The translations under genes and the position numbers were made by a program. Shown in pieces: positions 1-9,098 of a DNA stretch of 32,000 bases. Within the stretch, counting starts at the first letter, position 1. Each line of letters starts with the position of its first letter. The DNA lies in NCBI RefSeq assembly GCF_007748075.1, contig NZ_CP036280.1:1050001-1082000 (forward strand), written 5' to 3'. This stretch comes from Mucisphaera calidilacus. GTDB taxonomy: Bacteria > Planctomycetota > Phycisphaerae > Phycisphaerales > Phycisphaeraceae. Under the pieces are notes generated by a model. The model did no database searches and was not told where the DNA came from. It was given only the letters and a program-made list of their open reading frames with translations.

Positions 1-1067
1 TCCAGACCGTTGCCCGTGAGACCGCAGACCGGCAGGGCGTGGTCGTCGTGGGGGTGTTGGGCGAGGTCGGCCTTGGTGCGGACGTCGATGTGGTTGGCGT
101 CCTCGGGCAGGTTGACGGGCTGAGCGTCGTCAGCGGGGACGCAGCGGAGGATGAGGTCGGCGTCCTCGAGGGCCTCGCGTGCAATGAACTGGGCCTCGGC
201 GTCGCGGCCGTGATCGGGGGTGTCGTCGAGACCGGCGAGATCGACCAGGATGACGGAGACGGTGTGCCCGTCAGGATGCGTGAGGTCGAGGGGGGCTTCG
301 AGGCGGTCGCGGGTCGTGCCCGGCGCGTGGTGGGTGACGGCCCGGTGGTGGCCGAGCAGGGCGTTCATGAGGGTGCTCTTGCCGGCCGAGGGCGGGCCTG
401 CAAGGACGACACGCGGCTGGGCGTGGTGTTCGCGGTGGACGTAGCCCGAATCGTGGAGTGTGCGCACGGCGTGGTGGATCGTGTTGATGCGTTCTGCGAG
501 TTCATGCGCGGGGATGGCGACGACGTCATCCTGGTCGGTGAAGTCGATGCCGGCCTCGACGAGCGCGAGGGTGTCAGCGAGGGTGTGCATCCAGTTGTCG
601 ACGGTCTGGCCGAGTCGTCCTTGTCGCCACGTCGTGGCGGCCTCGAGCTGGTGGTCGTTGTCGGCCGCAATGGTGGCAGACACCCCCTCGGCCTGTTCGA
701 GGGTGAGTCGCCCGTTGCGGAAAGCTCGGTAGCTGAACTCGCCGGGCTCGGCGAGGCGCGCGCCGGCGGCGGTGGCGGCGTGCAGGGTGCGTTCCAGCAG
801 CGAGGGGTTGCCGGGCAGCCAGAGTTCAGCGGCGGGCTCGCCGGTGTAGCTGCCCGAGGCTCGGAAGGCGCAGACTCGAGCGGGGATCGGCGGAAGATCC
901 GTGTGTTTGAGCCGGGTGTCGGCGAGTTGCCGGGGCTTGTCGGGTGGCGTGCAGAGGCGGGCGAGGATGGCGTGGGCGTCGGGGCCGGAGAGGCGGATCA
1001 TGCCCCGGGCTGCGGGTCCGACGGGTGATGCGGTGGCGACGATGGTGTCGTTCGCCGGGTGGCTCAC
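1..1067 (-). CDS. mnmE: tRNA modification GTPase MnmE (TrmE), 3' end cut by the window edge (about 355 N-terminal codons present)
   Basis: Absent from the ORF track because it runs off the window. The minus-strand frame starting at GTG (revcomp of 1065-1067) reads VSHPANDTIVATASPVGPAARGMIRLSGPDAHAILARL, the typical MnmE N-terminus. The same frame at about 361-419 reads QPRVVLAGPPSAGKSTLMNA, a G1/Walker A motif at the expected position near residue 220. The GTG overlaps the yidC stop (GTGA). The + ORF 39..1028 is its antisense shadow. Confidence 0.85.
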   Translation of the reverse strand, partial: MSHPANDTIVATASPVGPAARGMIRLSGPDAHAILARLCTPPDKPRQLADTRLKHTDLPPIPARVCAFRASGSYTGEPAAELWLPGNPSLLERTLHAATAAGARLAEPGEFSYRAFRNGRLTLEQAEGVSATIAADNDHQLEAATTWRQGRLGQTVDNWMHTLADTLALVEAGIDFTDQDDVVAIPAHELAERINTIHHAVRTLHDSGYVHREHHAQPRVVLAGPPSAGKSTLMNALLGHHRAVTHHAPGTTRDRLEAPLDLTHPDGHTVSVILVDLAGLDDTPDHGRDAEAQFIAREALEDADLILRCVPADDAQPVNLPEDANHIDVRTKADLAQHPHDDHALPVCGLTGNGL

Positions 1068-3262
1068 TTGCGTTTCATCCGTCGGGCCGCGGCGCGTCCC
1101 CCGGGCTGGTTGGCCTCGTTCTGGACGTGCTTGCGTCCGCCCTCCTTGGCGGCACGCTGGGCTTCAACCTGCTGCTGGGCCTGCTCCATAGCCTTGTGTA
1201 TGCGGTCCCAGAATCCGCCGGGCTTGGGCTTCTTCTTCTCGAAGAGGCGCCCGGATTCTTCCTCGTGCTTGAGGTGGCGTCGGACGATCCAGGAGTCGAG
1301 GATGCCGGCGGCGGTGGAGGAGGTCATGTAGAGCGTGAGGCCGGCGGGTGCGGAGTAGAGGAAGAGCGGGAAGATCAGGAACATGATGCGCATGGTCCGC
1401 TGCATGGAGGCCTGCTGCTCGTTGGCGGGCGGCGGACTCATGAGCAGGTTGTTGATGAAGAAGACGATGGCCATGAGGATGGGGAGGATGTTGATCGCGT
1501 TGAAATGAGGCTCGATGAAGTAGAGGGGGATGGTGAGGCCGTCGCCACCAAACAGGATGAAGTTGTCGGGGCCGGAAAGGTCGGCGAGGAAACGCCAGTT
1601 CCCACCCGAGACGGTCTGGAAGACGCCCCAGAAGGCGGGCTCATGACGCAGCTCAATGGCGTAGAAGAGCATGGCGTAGAGCGCGGTCCAGATCGGCATC
1701 TGGAGGAACATGGGCAGGCAGCCGAGCATGCCGAGCGGGCTGGCGCCGGCCTCGCGCATGAGCCGCAGTTGCTCGGACTGGAGCTTGGCGGGGTCGTCCT
1801 TGTATTTCTTCTTGAGCTTCTCGATCTCGGGCTGGAGCTTCTGCATGACCTTGCCCATACGCATCATGCTGAGCTGGCTCTTCTTCATGATCGGGTGCAG
1901 GATCAGGCGGACGGTCACGACGAGGACGATGATGGCGACGCCCCAGTCCGCGAGGAGCCAGTGGAAGAAGCCGAGGAAGGCGAGGAGCCAGCGTGCGAGG
2001 AATTGCCAGGTGCAGACATCGATGAGCCCGCCGAGGCTGTAGCGGATCGTCTTGTCGAGGTGGAGGAGGTTGTAGGGGGCTTCGTTGAAGATCTCGGTCT
2101 TGCGCGGGCCCGCATAGACAGCGAAATCGAGGTCGCGTTGGCCGTTGGCCGGGAGGCGCAGGGTCGCGGTGGTGGCGGTGATGACGGCGAGACGGTGCTC
2201 GTCGGCGATGGGCTGCGTGGGCAGGACGTAGAGGTCGAGTGAAGGGAAGAGCTTCTGGAGCGGTTGCACCTGCGCGGTAGAGGTCAGGTCGTTCGTCACG
2301 GGCAGATGAGTGACAAGGGCGAAGTAGCGGTTCTCAGCGGCGATCCAGGCGAGGGCGAGATTGCCGGGGAGATCGGGGTGTGGCCAGAGTTTCGGCTGGG
2401 CGATCGACTCGGGACGTGAGAAGAAGGCGTCGTCGGTGTAGATGTTGACCTTGTTGGGGTCGTACTCGAGGTTGAAGTAACCGGGAACGAAATAGCGTCG
2501 ATCGCCGAGATACGAGGCCTTGTCGCGAGGAGTGTCGCCCTGGAGAAACTGCGTCCAGCTGATGTCGAGTTCGCGGTCGCTGAGGTTGCGGATGCGCTGC
2601 TCGACGGTGATGTCGTAGGAGCCCGGGGTGATCCGGAAAGTACGTTCGACGGCAACGAGCGGCTGGGCGCTCTCCTCGTCGGAGGTGGCGATGATCGCGG
2701 TGTAGGTGGCAAAGTCGGTGTCGGAGGCGACGAGCGACCAGCTTGCGTTGAGAAGGTCGACGGTCTGACCGCCAACCCTGAGCGCGCGGGCCGCGTAAGG
2801 GCGGACGAGGTAGTTCTGTTCGACGCTGCCCGGAACCGGTGCCGTCAGGCTGCTGTGAACGATGTAGGGAACGGGGTTGTCGAGGGTGTCGTTGTAATCG
2901 GTGAGGGCGATCTGTGAGACGCCGGCGCCCCAGCGGCTCAGCTGGATCTCGAACTTGTACCCGTCGTCCTCGTTGGTAGAGCCGAGCGTGACGGAGGTGG
3001 GGTTGTCGCTGGGCAGAACGACGGGAGGGGTGTCGAGGGTTTCGGCGGGCGTGCTGACCTCGGGTTGAGCCGTGGTGACCGGCGGCGCGTCGGTGGTGGA
3101 GGTGTCAGCAGGCTGCGCGGCCTCGTCGGCGGACGTCTCGGCCTGCGACGCGACGCTAGGCTCGTTAGGCAACTGCTCGGAGATCTCGGCTGAGCGGTTG
3201 AGCATGCCGAAGGCCACGACGAGACCGAGGACGACGGCGACGAGGGGGATCAGGATGCGCAT
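1064..3262 (-). CDS. yidC: Membrane protein insertase YidC, long form (732 aa) with a large periplasmic domain and an extended basic C-terminal tail
   Basis: ATG start. An N-terminal TM helix (ILIPLVAVVLGLVVAFGML) is followed by a P/T/S/A-rich linker and a large soluble domain. The conserved 5-TM core follows (GVAIIVLVVTVRLILHPIMKKSQ..., MMRMGKVMQKLQPEIEKLKKKYKDDP, SPLGMLGCLPMFLQMPIW, AAGLTLYMTSSTAAGIL). The C-terminus is K/R-rich (KKKPKPGG...GRAAARRMKRK). It sits immediately upstream of mnmE, as in many bacteria. Confidence 0.93.
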   Translation of the reverse strand: MRILIPLVAVVLGLVVAFGMLNRSAEISEQLPNEPSVASQAETSADEAAQPADTSTTDAPPVTTAQPEVSTPAETLDTPPVVLPSDNPTSVTLGSTNEDDGYKFEIQLSRWGAGVSQIALTDYNDTLDNPVPYIVHSSLTAPVPGSVEQNYLVRPYAARALRVGGQTVDLLNASWSLVASDTDFATYTAIIATSDEESAQPLVAVERTFRITPGSYDITVEQRIRNLSDRELDISWTQFLQGDTPRDKASYLGDRRYFVPGYFNLEYDPNKVNIYTDDAFFSRPESIAQPKLWPHPDLPGNLALAWIAAENRYFALVTHLPVTNDLTSTAQVQPLQKLFPSLDLYVLPTQPIADEHRLAVITATTATLRLPANGQRDLDFAVYAGPRKTEIFNEAPYNLLHLDKTIRYSLGGLIDVCTWQFLARWLLAFLGFFHWLLADWGVAIIVLVVTVRLILHPIMKKSQLSMMRMGKVMQKLQPEIEKLKKKYKDDPAKLQSEQLRLMREAGASPLGMLGCLPMFLQMPIWTALYAMLFYAIELRHEPAFWGVFQTVSGGNWRFLADLSGPDNFILFGGDGLTIPLYFIEPHFNAINILPILMAIVFFINNLLMSPPPANEQQASMQRTMRIMFLIFPLFLYSAPAGLTLYMTSSTAAGILDSWIVRRHLKHEEESGRLFEKKKPKPGGFWDRIHKAMEQAQQQVEAQRAAKEGGRKHVQNEANQPGGRAAARRMKRK

Positions 3263-3388
3263 GAGGCTGTGGGTTCCGGGTCACGGCGGAGGGCAGACGC
3301 GTTCCCGGGGACGACAGAGAATCCGCTGGGGCGTCTGGCGGGATCGAACAGTCTAGCAGAGGGGGCGGCGGTTGAGGCCGCGCCGACG

Positions 3389-5401
3389 TCAGGTCAGGAA
3401 GATGCGCCAGAGGTCGTTGAACGTGACGTAGAGAAAGAGGCACCCGAGCAGCGCGAGGCCCGCGATGGTGGCGGCCTGCTGGATCCGGACAGAGGCTGGC
3501 TTGCCCCGGATCGCCTCGATCATCAGGAAGACCATGAGCCCGCCATCAACGATGGGCAGCGGCAGGAAGTTCAGGACCGCGAGGTTGATCGAAATGAGCC
3601 CGAGGAAGAAGAGCAGGTAGGGCCAGCCACGCGAGGCGACTTTCTGGCCCTCGTCAACAATACCGACGGGGCCGCGGAGGTTGGCGACCTGGACGGAGCC
3701 CTGAAAGAGTCGCAGCAGAGTGAGGTAGGTCTGTGCCATAAAGTCGCCGGTCTTCATGACGCCGAGCTCGACGGCCTCGGTAATGGAGTCGCCCTTGAGC
3801 GCGATCTGGAGGTCCTTGAAGCCGATACCGAGGGGTGGGAGGATCCAGCCGGCGGCCCGGAGTTGTGCGCGTTGCTCGGCGGACAGGCTCGGGATGTAGA
3901 CCGAGGAGGCATCGTTCTGCTGGTAACTGAGGGTGATGGGGCCTTCGTTGCTGCCTGCGAGCTGGCGCTGCCACTCGAGCCAGTCGACGCTGCTGCCGAC
4001 GGGCAGGGCGGAGGTTTTGCCGGCGGCACGTTCGCCGACAGGCCCGCCCGCGAGCGCGGGCTCGATGCCGACGCCGATGCGACCGTTGACAGGTGTGATG
4101 TTGCCGAGATCGACAGTCTGATGGTTCCGGAGGACGGCGAGCCGCATGGGCTGGGCGTTGGCGTTCTCGACCTCACTCTGGAGACGCGAGAGCGTCGGGA
4201 AGGTGCTGCTGCCGAGCCGTGCGATGACGTCGCCCGGCTGAATGCCGGCACGGGCCGCAGGGCTGTCCTCGACGACCAAGGTCACGAGAGTGGCGGGCTC
4301 AATGCCGATGATGTCGGCGAGGTCATCGTCGTACCAGATGCCGGGCTGTGGCTGGATGTCGAGAGCGACGGCCGACGCTTGGTTGGTGAAGGTCAGAGTG
4401 GTCGGCTGGCCGTTGGCGTCGCTGACGGCCTGTCGGAGCTCGTGGAAACGTGTGATGGCGCGGTCGTTCACGCTGCTGAGGGTCATGCCCTTGCGGATGT
4501 TGGCGTTTCTGGCCTTGCTGTTCTCCGCGACAAAGGCGACATCAAGCGTCGAGCTGGGACCGATGCCAATCGAGAGCAGGCCCTCGCGGCGTGCGTCGGG
4601 CTTGGGTGTCACGACGTAGGTGAGTGGGTTGGCGAGCCCCGGGCGTTCGACGGTGACCTCGCGATCGGTGTCAGCGGCGGCGAGGGCGATGGAGATACCG
4701 ACGTCGACCATGTCGCGGATCGGTTCGCCGTCGATCTGGATGATGGTGTCACCGAGTTGGAGCCCGGGCGGAGTGCCCTCGGGCGCGTCGATGGGCTGGG
4801 CCTTCTCGGCGGGCGAGTCAGGCGCGATCATGCCGACCTCGGCGGCGGGGAAGTCGACCCCCGCGAGAAAGGCGGGAACGAAGACGACGAAGCCGGTGAT
4901 GAGGTTCATGATGACGCCGGCGGAGATGACCAGCGCACGAGCGGGGATGGACTTGCTGTTGAACGATCGCGGGCTGGCGCTCTGGGCGGAGGGGTCGAGG
5001 TCTTCCTGCCCGAGCATCTTGACGTACCCACCAAGCGGGAGGTAGTTCAGGCGGTATTCGGTTTCGCCGAGGCCGAGTTTGGCGTGGGCCTGGTCAACAC
5101 GCTCGTCGCCGATCTCGAGGAGTCTCTGCTCATACAAGTCCGGATCGGCGGCGGGCCCGTCTTCGCGGTCCTTGTCGAGTTCCTCGATGAGCTGCTTGAG
5201 GTACTCCGGTTCGGTGGAGCCGAAGCGGATGCCAATGCCCTTGCGCCAGCAGAGCAGCGCCTGACCAAAGCCGATGGCGAACTGCGTGCAGCGGATGCCG
5301 ACAGCCTTGGCGGCAAGGAAGTGGCCGAGCTCGTGGATGAAGATGAGGAAGCCGAACCCGAGGATGAAGAGGGCCATCGCGATGTACGAATTCTCGAGCA
5401 T
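3389..5401 (-). CDS. rseP: RIP site-2 zinc metalloprotease, RseP/M50 family, with an expanded PDZ region (670 aa)
   Basis: ATG start. HExxH motif in TM1 (FIHELGHFLAAK) and a C-terminal NxxPxxxxDG motif (LNFLPLPIVDGGLMVF). There are 3-4 PDZ-like segments in between (for example LQLGDTIIQIDGEPI and AARAGIQPGDVIARLG). It lies 8 nt downstream of dxr, a conserved dxr-rseP adjacency. Confidence 0.9.
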   Translation of the reverse strand: MLENSYIAMALFILGFGFLIFIHELGHFLAAKAVGIRCTQFAIGFGQALLCWRKGIGIRFGSTEPEYLKQLIEELDKDREDGPAADPDLYEQRLLEIGDERVDQAHAKLGLGETEYRLNYLPLGGYVKMLGQEDLDPSAQSASPRSFNSKSIPARALVISAGVIMNLITGFVVFVPAFLAGVDFPAAEVGMIAPDSPAEKAQPIDAPEGTPPGLQLGDTIIQIDGEPIRDMVDVGISIALAAADTDREVTVERPGLANPLTYVVTPKPDARREGLLSIGIGPSSTLDVAFVAENSKARNANIRKGMTLSSVNDRAITRFHELRQAVSDANGQPTTLTFTNQASAVALDIQPQPGIWYDDDLADIIGIEPATLVTLVVEDSPAARAGIQPGDVIARLGSSTFPTLSRLQSEVENANAQPMRLAVLRNHQTVDLGNITPVNGRIGVGIEPALAGGPVGERAAGKTSALPVGSSVDWLEWQRQLAGSNEGPITLSYQQNDASSVYIPSLSAEQRAQLRAAGWILPPLGIGFKDLQIALKGDSITEAVELGVMKTGDFMAQTYLTLLRLFQGSVQVANLRGPVGIVDEGQKVASRGWPYLLFFLGLISINLAVLNFLPLPIVDGGLMVFLMIEAIRGKPASVRIQQAATIAGLALLGCLFLYVTFNDLWRIFLT

Positions 5402-5409
5402 GTCGGTGG

Positions 5410-6645
5410 TCAGTCCTTCCGGGCGGATCGTGGCGAGGCGGCCTGTGGGGTTACGGCAGCGGGTTCCAGACGGTTCAGTTCCTCGCGGACAAAGTCGCGT
5501 GCCGCGGCGTCGGCGTCGAGGACACCCGCGAGCGTTTTCACCGGCTCAACGGGCAGCGTTTCAAGGGCCTGCTGAGCGAGCTCGGGGATCTGGCCGAATC
5601 GTATGCGCTGGTCGATGAAGGCGTGGACGGCGACTTCATTCGCAGCGTTGACGATCGCGCCGGCCGTTCCGCCCAGGTCGATGACACGATAGGCGAGTCG
5701 CAGCGCGGGGAAGCGGTCGCCATCCGGCGGCTGAAAGTCCAGGGTGCCCAGCCGTGTCCAGTCGAGTTGCTGCGCGCATCCGCCCCACTTGTCGGGGTAG
5801 GTCATGGCGTGCTGGATAGGCCCGCACATGTCCGGCGGCCCGAGCTGGGCGAGGATCGAGTGATCCTTGAACTCGACGAAGCTGTGGATGATCGACTGAG
5901 GGTGGATTACCACATCAATACGTTCGCCGGGCTGCTTGAAGAGCCAGTGGGCCTCGATGATCTCGAGCGCCTTGTTCATCATGGTCGCGGAGTCGATGGT
6001 GATCTTGGGGCCCATCTTCCAGGTGGGGTGTTTGAGGGCCTGGTCGACGGTGGCGTTACGAATGGTCTCGGCAGAGGCCTCGCGAAAGGGGCCGCCTGAG
6101 GCGGTGAGGACGAGACGCATGACGTCCTTGTGCTGTGCGCCCTCGAGGCATTGTGCGATCGCGGCGTGTTCGGAGTCGACGGGGAGAATCACAGCCCCGG
6201 ACCGGTCGGCCAGTCGCGTGACGAGATCACCCGCTGCGACGAGAGTTTCCTTGTTGGCCAGATGGATGCGTCGGCCGAGCTCGGCGGCGGCGACCATGGC
6301 CGGGAGTCCTGCGGCACCGACGATTGCGCCGGCGACATCGGTGGCTTCGGTGTCACGGACGAGCTGTTCGGCGGCATCGGGGCCGGCGAGGACCTTCGTG
6401 GTTCTGGGCAGGGCGGCACCGAGTTCACGCGCGAGGTGTGGCTGGGCGACGGCGACAGTCGGGACATTGAAACGCTCGGCCTGCTGCGCCAGGGCACGCA
6501 CGCTGCGCCCCGCGGCAAGCCCGACAACCTCGATGCAGCCGGGGCGGCTGCGGTTGAGGTGCTCGATCACCTTGAGTGTGTTGAGGCCGATCGAGCCCGT
6601 GGAGCCCAGGACGATCAGTCGTTTGGGCCAGAGGTTCTCGGTCAC
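5410..6645 (-). CDS. dxr: 1-deoxy-D-xylulose 5-phosphate reductoisomerase
   Basis: Motifs: LIVLGSTGSIGLNTLKVI (NADPH-binding), LANKETLV, PVDSEHAAI and HPTWKMGPKITIDSATMMNKALEIIEAHWLF. GTG start; the start overlaps the rne stop (GTGA at 6642-6645). Confidence 0.95.
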   Translation of the reverse strand: MTENLWPKRLIVLGSTGSIGLNTLKVIEHLNRSRPGCIEVVGLAAGRSVRALAQQAERFNVPTVAVAQPHLARELGAALPRTTKVLAGPDAAEQLVRDTEATDVAGAIVGAAGLPAMVAAAELGRRIHLANKETLVAAGDLVTRLADRSGAVILPVDSEHAAIAQCLEGAQHKDVMRLVLTASGGPFREASAETIRNATVDQALKHPTWKMGPKITIDSATMMNKALEIIEAHWLFKQPGERIDVVIHPQSIIHSFVEFKDHSILAQLGPPDMCGPIQHAMTYPDKWGGCAQQLDWTRLGTLDFQPPDGDRFPALRLAYRVIDLGGTAGAIVNAANEVAVHAFIDQRIRFGQIPELAQQALETLPVEPVKTLAGVLDADAAARDFVREELNRLEPAAVTPQAASPRSARKD

Positions 6646-9098
6646 GATTCGGTCTCCCCGGCGAGGACGGTGTTGGCGTAGCCCGTGGTGGTCGGCTCGG
6701 CGTCAGCGGGTGCTTCGTCCGTTGCCTTCTGGGTCGTCGTCTTCTTGGACCGCCGTCGCGTACGCTTTTTCTTCTTGGGAGGGTCTTCGGCCGGTGTGTC
6801 GTCGGTGGCGGTGTCGTCGGATTGCGCCGCTTCGTCAACAACGGTCTGATCCTCAGCGGCTTTCTTGGTGGGGGTCTTCTTGGACCGGCGACGAGTGCGC
6901 TTCTTCTTGGGGGGTGCCTCCTCGTCGGCCTCGGCCTGCTCGGCAGGTTTCGCTTCGTCCTCCACCTTCTCCTTGAGGACGGTTTCGGTCGGCTCGACGC
7001 CTCGGGCCGTGCGCGCATGCATGGCAGCGACCTCGCGGGCGCTCAGCGGCTTGGGGGCGGGCTCGGCGGGAGCCTCTTCTCCCTCGGCCTCACGCTCGTC
7101 ATCCGACGAGGAGGTCTGATCGCCTTGCTGATCCGCGGTGTCGGCGGTCTCGCCCGACTTGCGTCGTCGTCGGCGTCGACGCTTCTTCTTGGGCGCATCC
7201 TCGTCATCGCTCGGCGGTTCAGCGGCAGCCGGCTCGCCCTCCGAGGTCTCGGCTTCCGGTCGTTCCTCAGCGGCTGGCTCGGCTGAACCCGCCTCGTTCT
7301 CGTCGCTGTCGCCTGACTTGCGTCGGCGTCGGCCGCCTCGCCTTCTTCGGCGCCGTTTCTTGCCGGTTCCCTCGTCGTCCTCCTCGTCGTCGGCAATATC
7401 GAGGTAGCTGCCGGAGAGGCCCTTCTCCTTGGCGGGCTGCTCCGCAGAGGTTTCGGGTTCGGCCTGAGGCTCGTGCTCTTCCTCGATCTCGATGATGCCC
7501 GCAGCACGTCCGATGACCTCGTGGAGCTGAGGCGCCTGCGCCATACGCTTGCGGAGGGCCTCGTTCATGGCGGCCATGTTGATCTGTGCGCCGCGGTCGT
7601 CGATGGCGGTGATCGAAACGTAATCAATCGCGTTGCCGCCCACGCGGACGAGTACCTCCTTGCCGTACCGTTTCTCGAGATCCACGAGCTGTCGCCGACG
7701 ACGGTTCAGCAGCTGGAAGGCGACGTCCGGACTGATCGTGAGCTCGACACGCGCGATGTTCTCGCGGTGGAGCACATAGGCGAGTTCACGCATGACGTGG
7801 AGCACGACCGACTCGCCGCTCTTGACCTGCCCCGAGCCGTTGCAGGCCGGGCAGTCCTCGTACAGAGACTTGCGCAGCGACGGACGCATGCGCTGGCGGG
7901 TCAGCTCCAGAGTCCCGAACATGCTGATGGAGCCGACACGCGTGCGTGCGCGGTCTTCCTTCATCAGAGCCTTGAACCGCGACTCGATGGTGCGCCGGTT
8001 CTTGGCCAGATTCATATCGATGAGGTCGGCGACAATCACCCCGCCAAGGTCGCGGAGACGAAGCTGACGCGCGATCTCCTCGACGGCCTCGGCGTTCGTG
8101 TTGAAGGCGTTGGACTCGGCGTCCTTGGCGTCACGGCTCTTGCCGGAGTTCACGTCGATGGCGACGAGGGCCTCCGCCTGGTCGAAGACCAGCGAACCAC
8201 CCGACTTCAGGGGAACCTCACGCGCAGAAATGTTCTCGATCTGCTCTTCGATACGGTGCCGGTGATACAGAGGTATCGGGTCGTCGTAGTGGAACACGCG
8301 GGTTTTCGTGCGCGGGTTGACGACGGCGAGAAAGTCGGCGACGCGTTGAGCGGCACGGGCAGAATCGACAACGATTTCTTCGATAGCCGTGGTGTAGATG
8401 TCGCGGAGCGTGCGGATGATCAGATCCGACTCTTCGTACAACTCGCCGACGCTCCGGATCTTCTTCTTCCGCTTCTCGATCGACTTCCAGAGCCGTGTGA
8501 GGTAGGCGAGGTCGCGCTTGAGCTCGGTCTTGGTCTGGCCGATGCCGGCGGTCCGGACGATGAACCCGAGTTCCTCGGGCGGCGCGAGGTCCTTGAGGAT
8601 CTGGCGTGCCTCGCGCCTCGCGTCGTCGTCCTCGACCTTGCGCGAAACCCCGGCGTGCTTCATGTGGGGCATCATCACCAGGTAACGGCCGGGGATGGAG
8701 GGGTAGCTGGTGAGCGTCGGACCCTTGGTGCCGATGCCCTCCTTCAGGACCTGCACGATAATCTTCGACCCCTTGCGGAGGCATTCCTGGATGGGCGGGC
8801 GCTCGCGTCGCGGCGTCTTGACGCCGACACGCTCGAAGGCCTCGCGGGCCTCGCCCGGGAAGTACATCGGGTGCAGGTCGGAGACGTGCAGGAAGCCGTT
8901 GCGCTCGAGCCCGAAGTCAACGAACGCCGCCTGAATCGAGGGCTCGACGTTGGTGACCTTGCCGAGGTAGATGTTGCCGACGTGCGAGTCGGCAGACACC
9001 CTCTCCTGATAGAACTCTTCGAGACGTCCGTCGTTGACGATGGCGATGCGGCACTCTTCGCCGGCGACATCGTTGATCAGCATGCTTGTCTTGGGCAC
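6642..9098 (-). CDS. rne: Ribonuclease E/G family endoribonuclease, RNase E-like (catalytic N-terminal half plus a disordered tail of about 285 aa)
   Basis: Motifs: MLINDVAGEECRIAIV, S1 domain GNIYLGKVTNVEPSIQAAFVDFG, catalytic LVAIDVNSGK and the Zn-link CPACNGSG. The longest ORF begins at GTG 9098. ATG at 9083 (MLIND...) is an equally plausible start. The tail is described as a separate repeat feature. Confidence 0.92.
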   Translation of the reverse strand: MPKTSMLINDVAGEECRIAIVNDGRLEEFYQERVSADSHVGNIYLGKVTNVEPSIQAAFVDFGLERNGFLHVSDLHPMYFPGEAREAFERVGVKTPRRERPPIQECLRKGSKIIVQVLKEGIGTKGPTLTSYPSIPGRYLVMMPHMKHAGVSRKVEDDDARREARQILKDLAPPEELGFIVRTAGIGQTKTELKRDLAYLTRLWKSIEKRKKKIRSVGELYEESDLIIRTLRDIYTTAIEEIVVDSARAAQRVADFLAVVNPRTKTRVFHYDDPIPLYHRHRIEEQIENISAREVPLKSGGSLVFDQAEALVAIDVNSGKSRDAKDAESNAFNTNAEAVEEIARQLRLRDLGGVIVADLIDMNLAKNRRTIESRFKALMKEDRARTRVGSISMFGTLELTRQRMRPSLRKSLYEDCPACNGSGQVKSGESVVLHVMRELAYVLHRENIARVELTISPDVAFQLLNRRRRQLVDLEKRYGKEVLVRVGGNAIDYVSITAIDDRGAQINMAAMNEALRKRMAQAPQLHEVIGRAAGIIEIEEEHEPQAEPETSAEQPAKEKGLSGSYLDIADDEEDDEGTGKKRRRRRRGGRRRRKSGDSDENEAGSAEPAAEERPEAETSEGEPAAAEPPSDDEDAPKKKRRRRRRRKSGETADTADQQGDQTSSSDDEREAEGEEAPAEPAPKPLSAREVAAMHARTARGVEPTETVLKEKVEDEAKPAEQAEADEEAPPKKKRTRRRSKKTPTKKAAEDQTVVDEAAQSDDTATDDTPAEDPPKKKKRTRRRSKKTTTQKATDEAPADAEPTTTGYANTVLAGETES
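6726..7364 (-). repeat. Four K/R-rich blocks alternating with acidic spacers inside the rne C-terminal tail
   Basis: Read from the translation and checked against the DNA. Blocks: GKKRRRRRRGGRRRRK (7317-7364), PKKKRRRRRRRK (7158-7193), PPKKKRTRRRSKKTPTKK (6861-6914) and PPKKKKRTRRRSKKTTTQK (6726-6782). The last two are near-identical direct repeats at the protein level. The spacers are D/E/A/P/T-rich. Confidence 0.85.
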
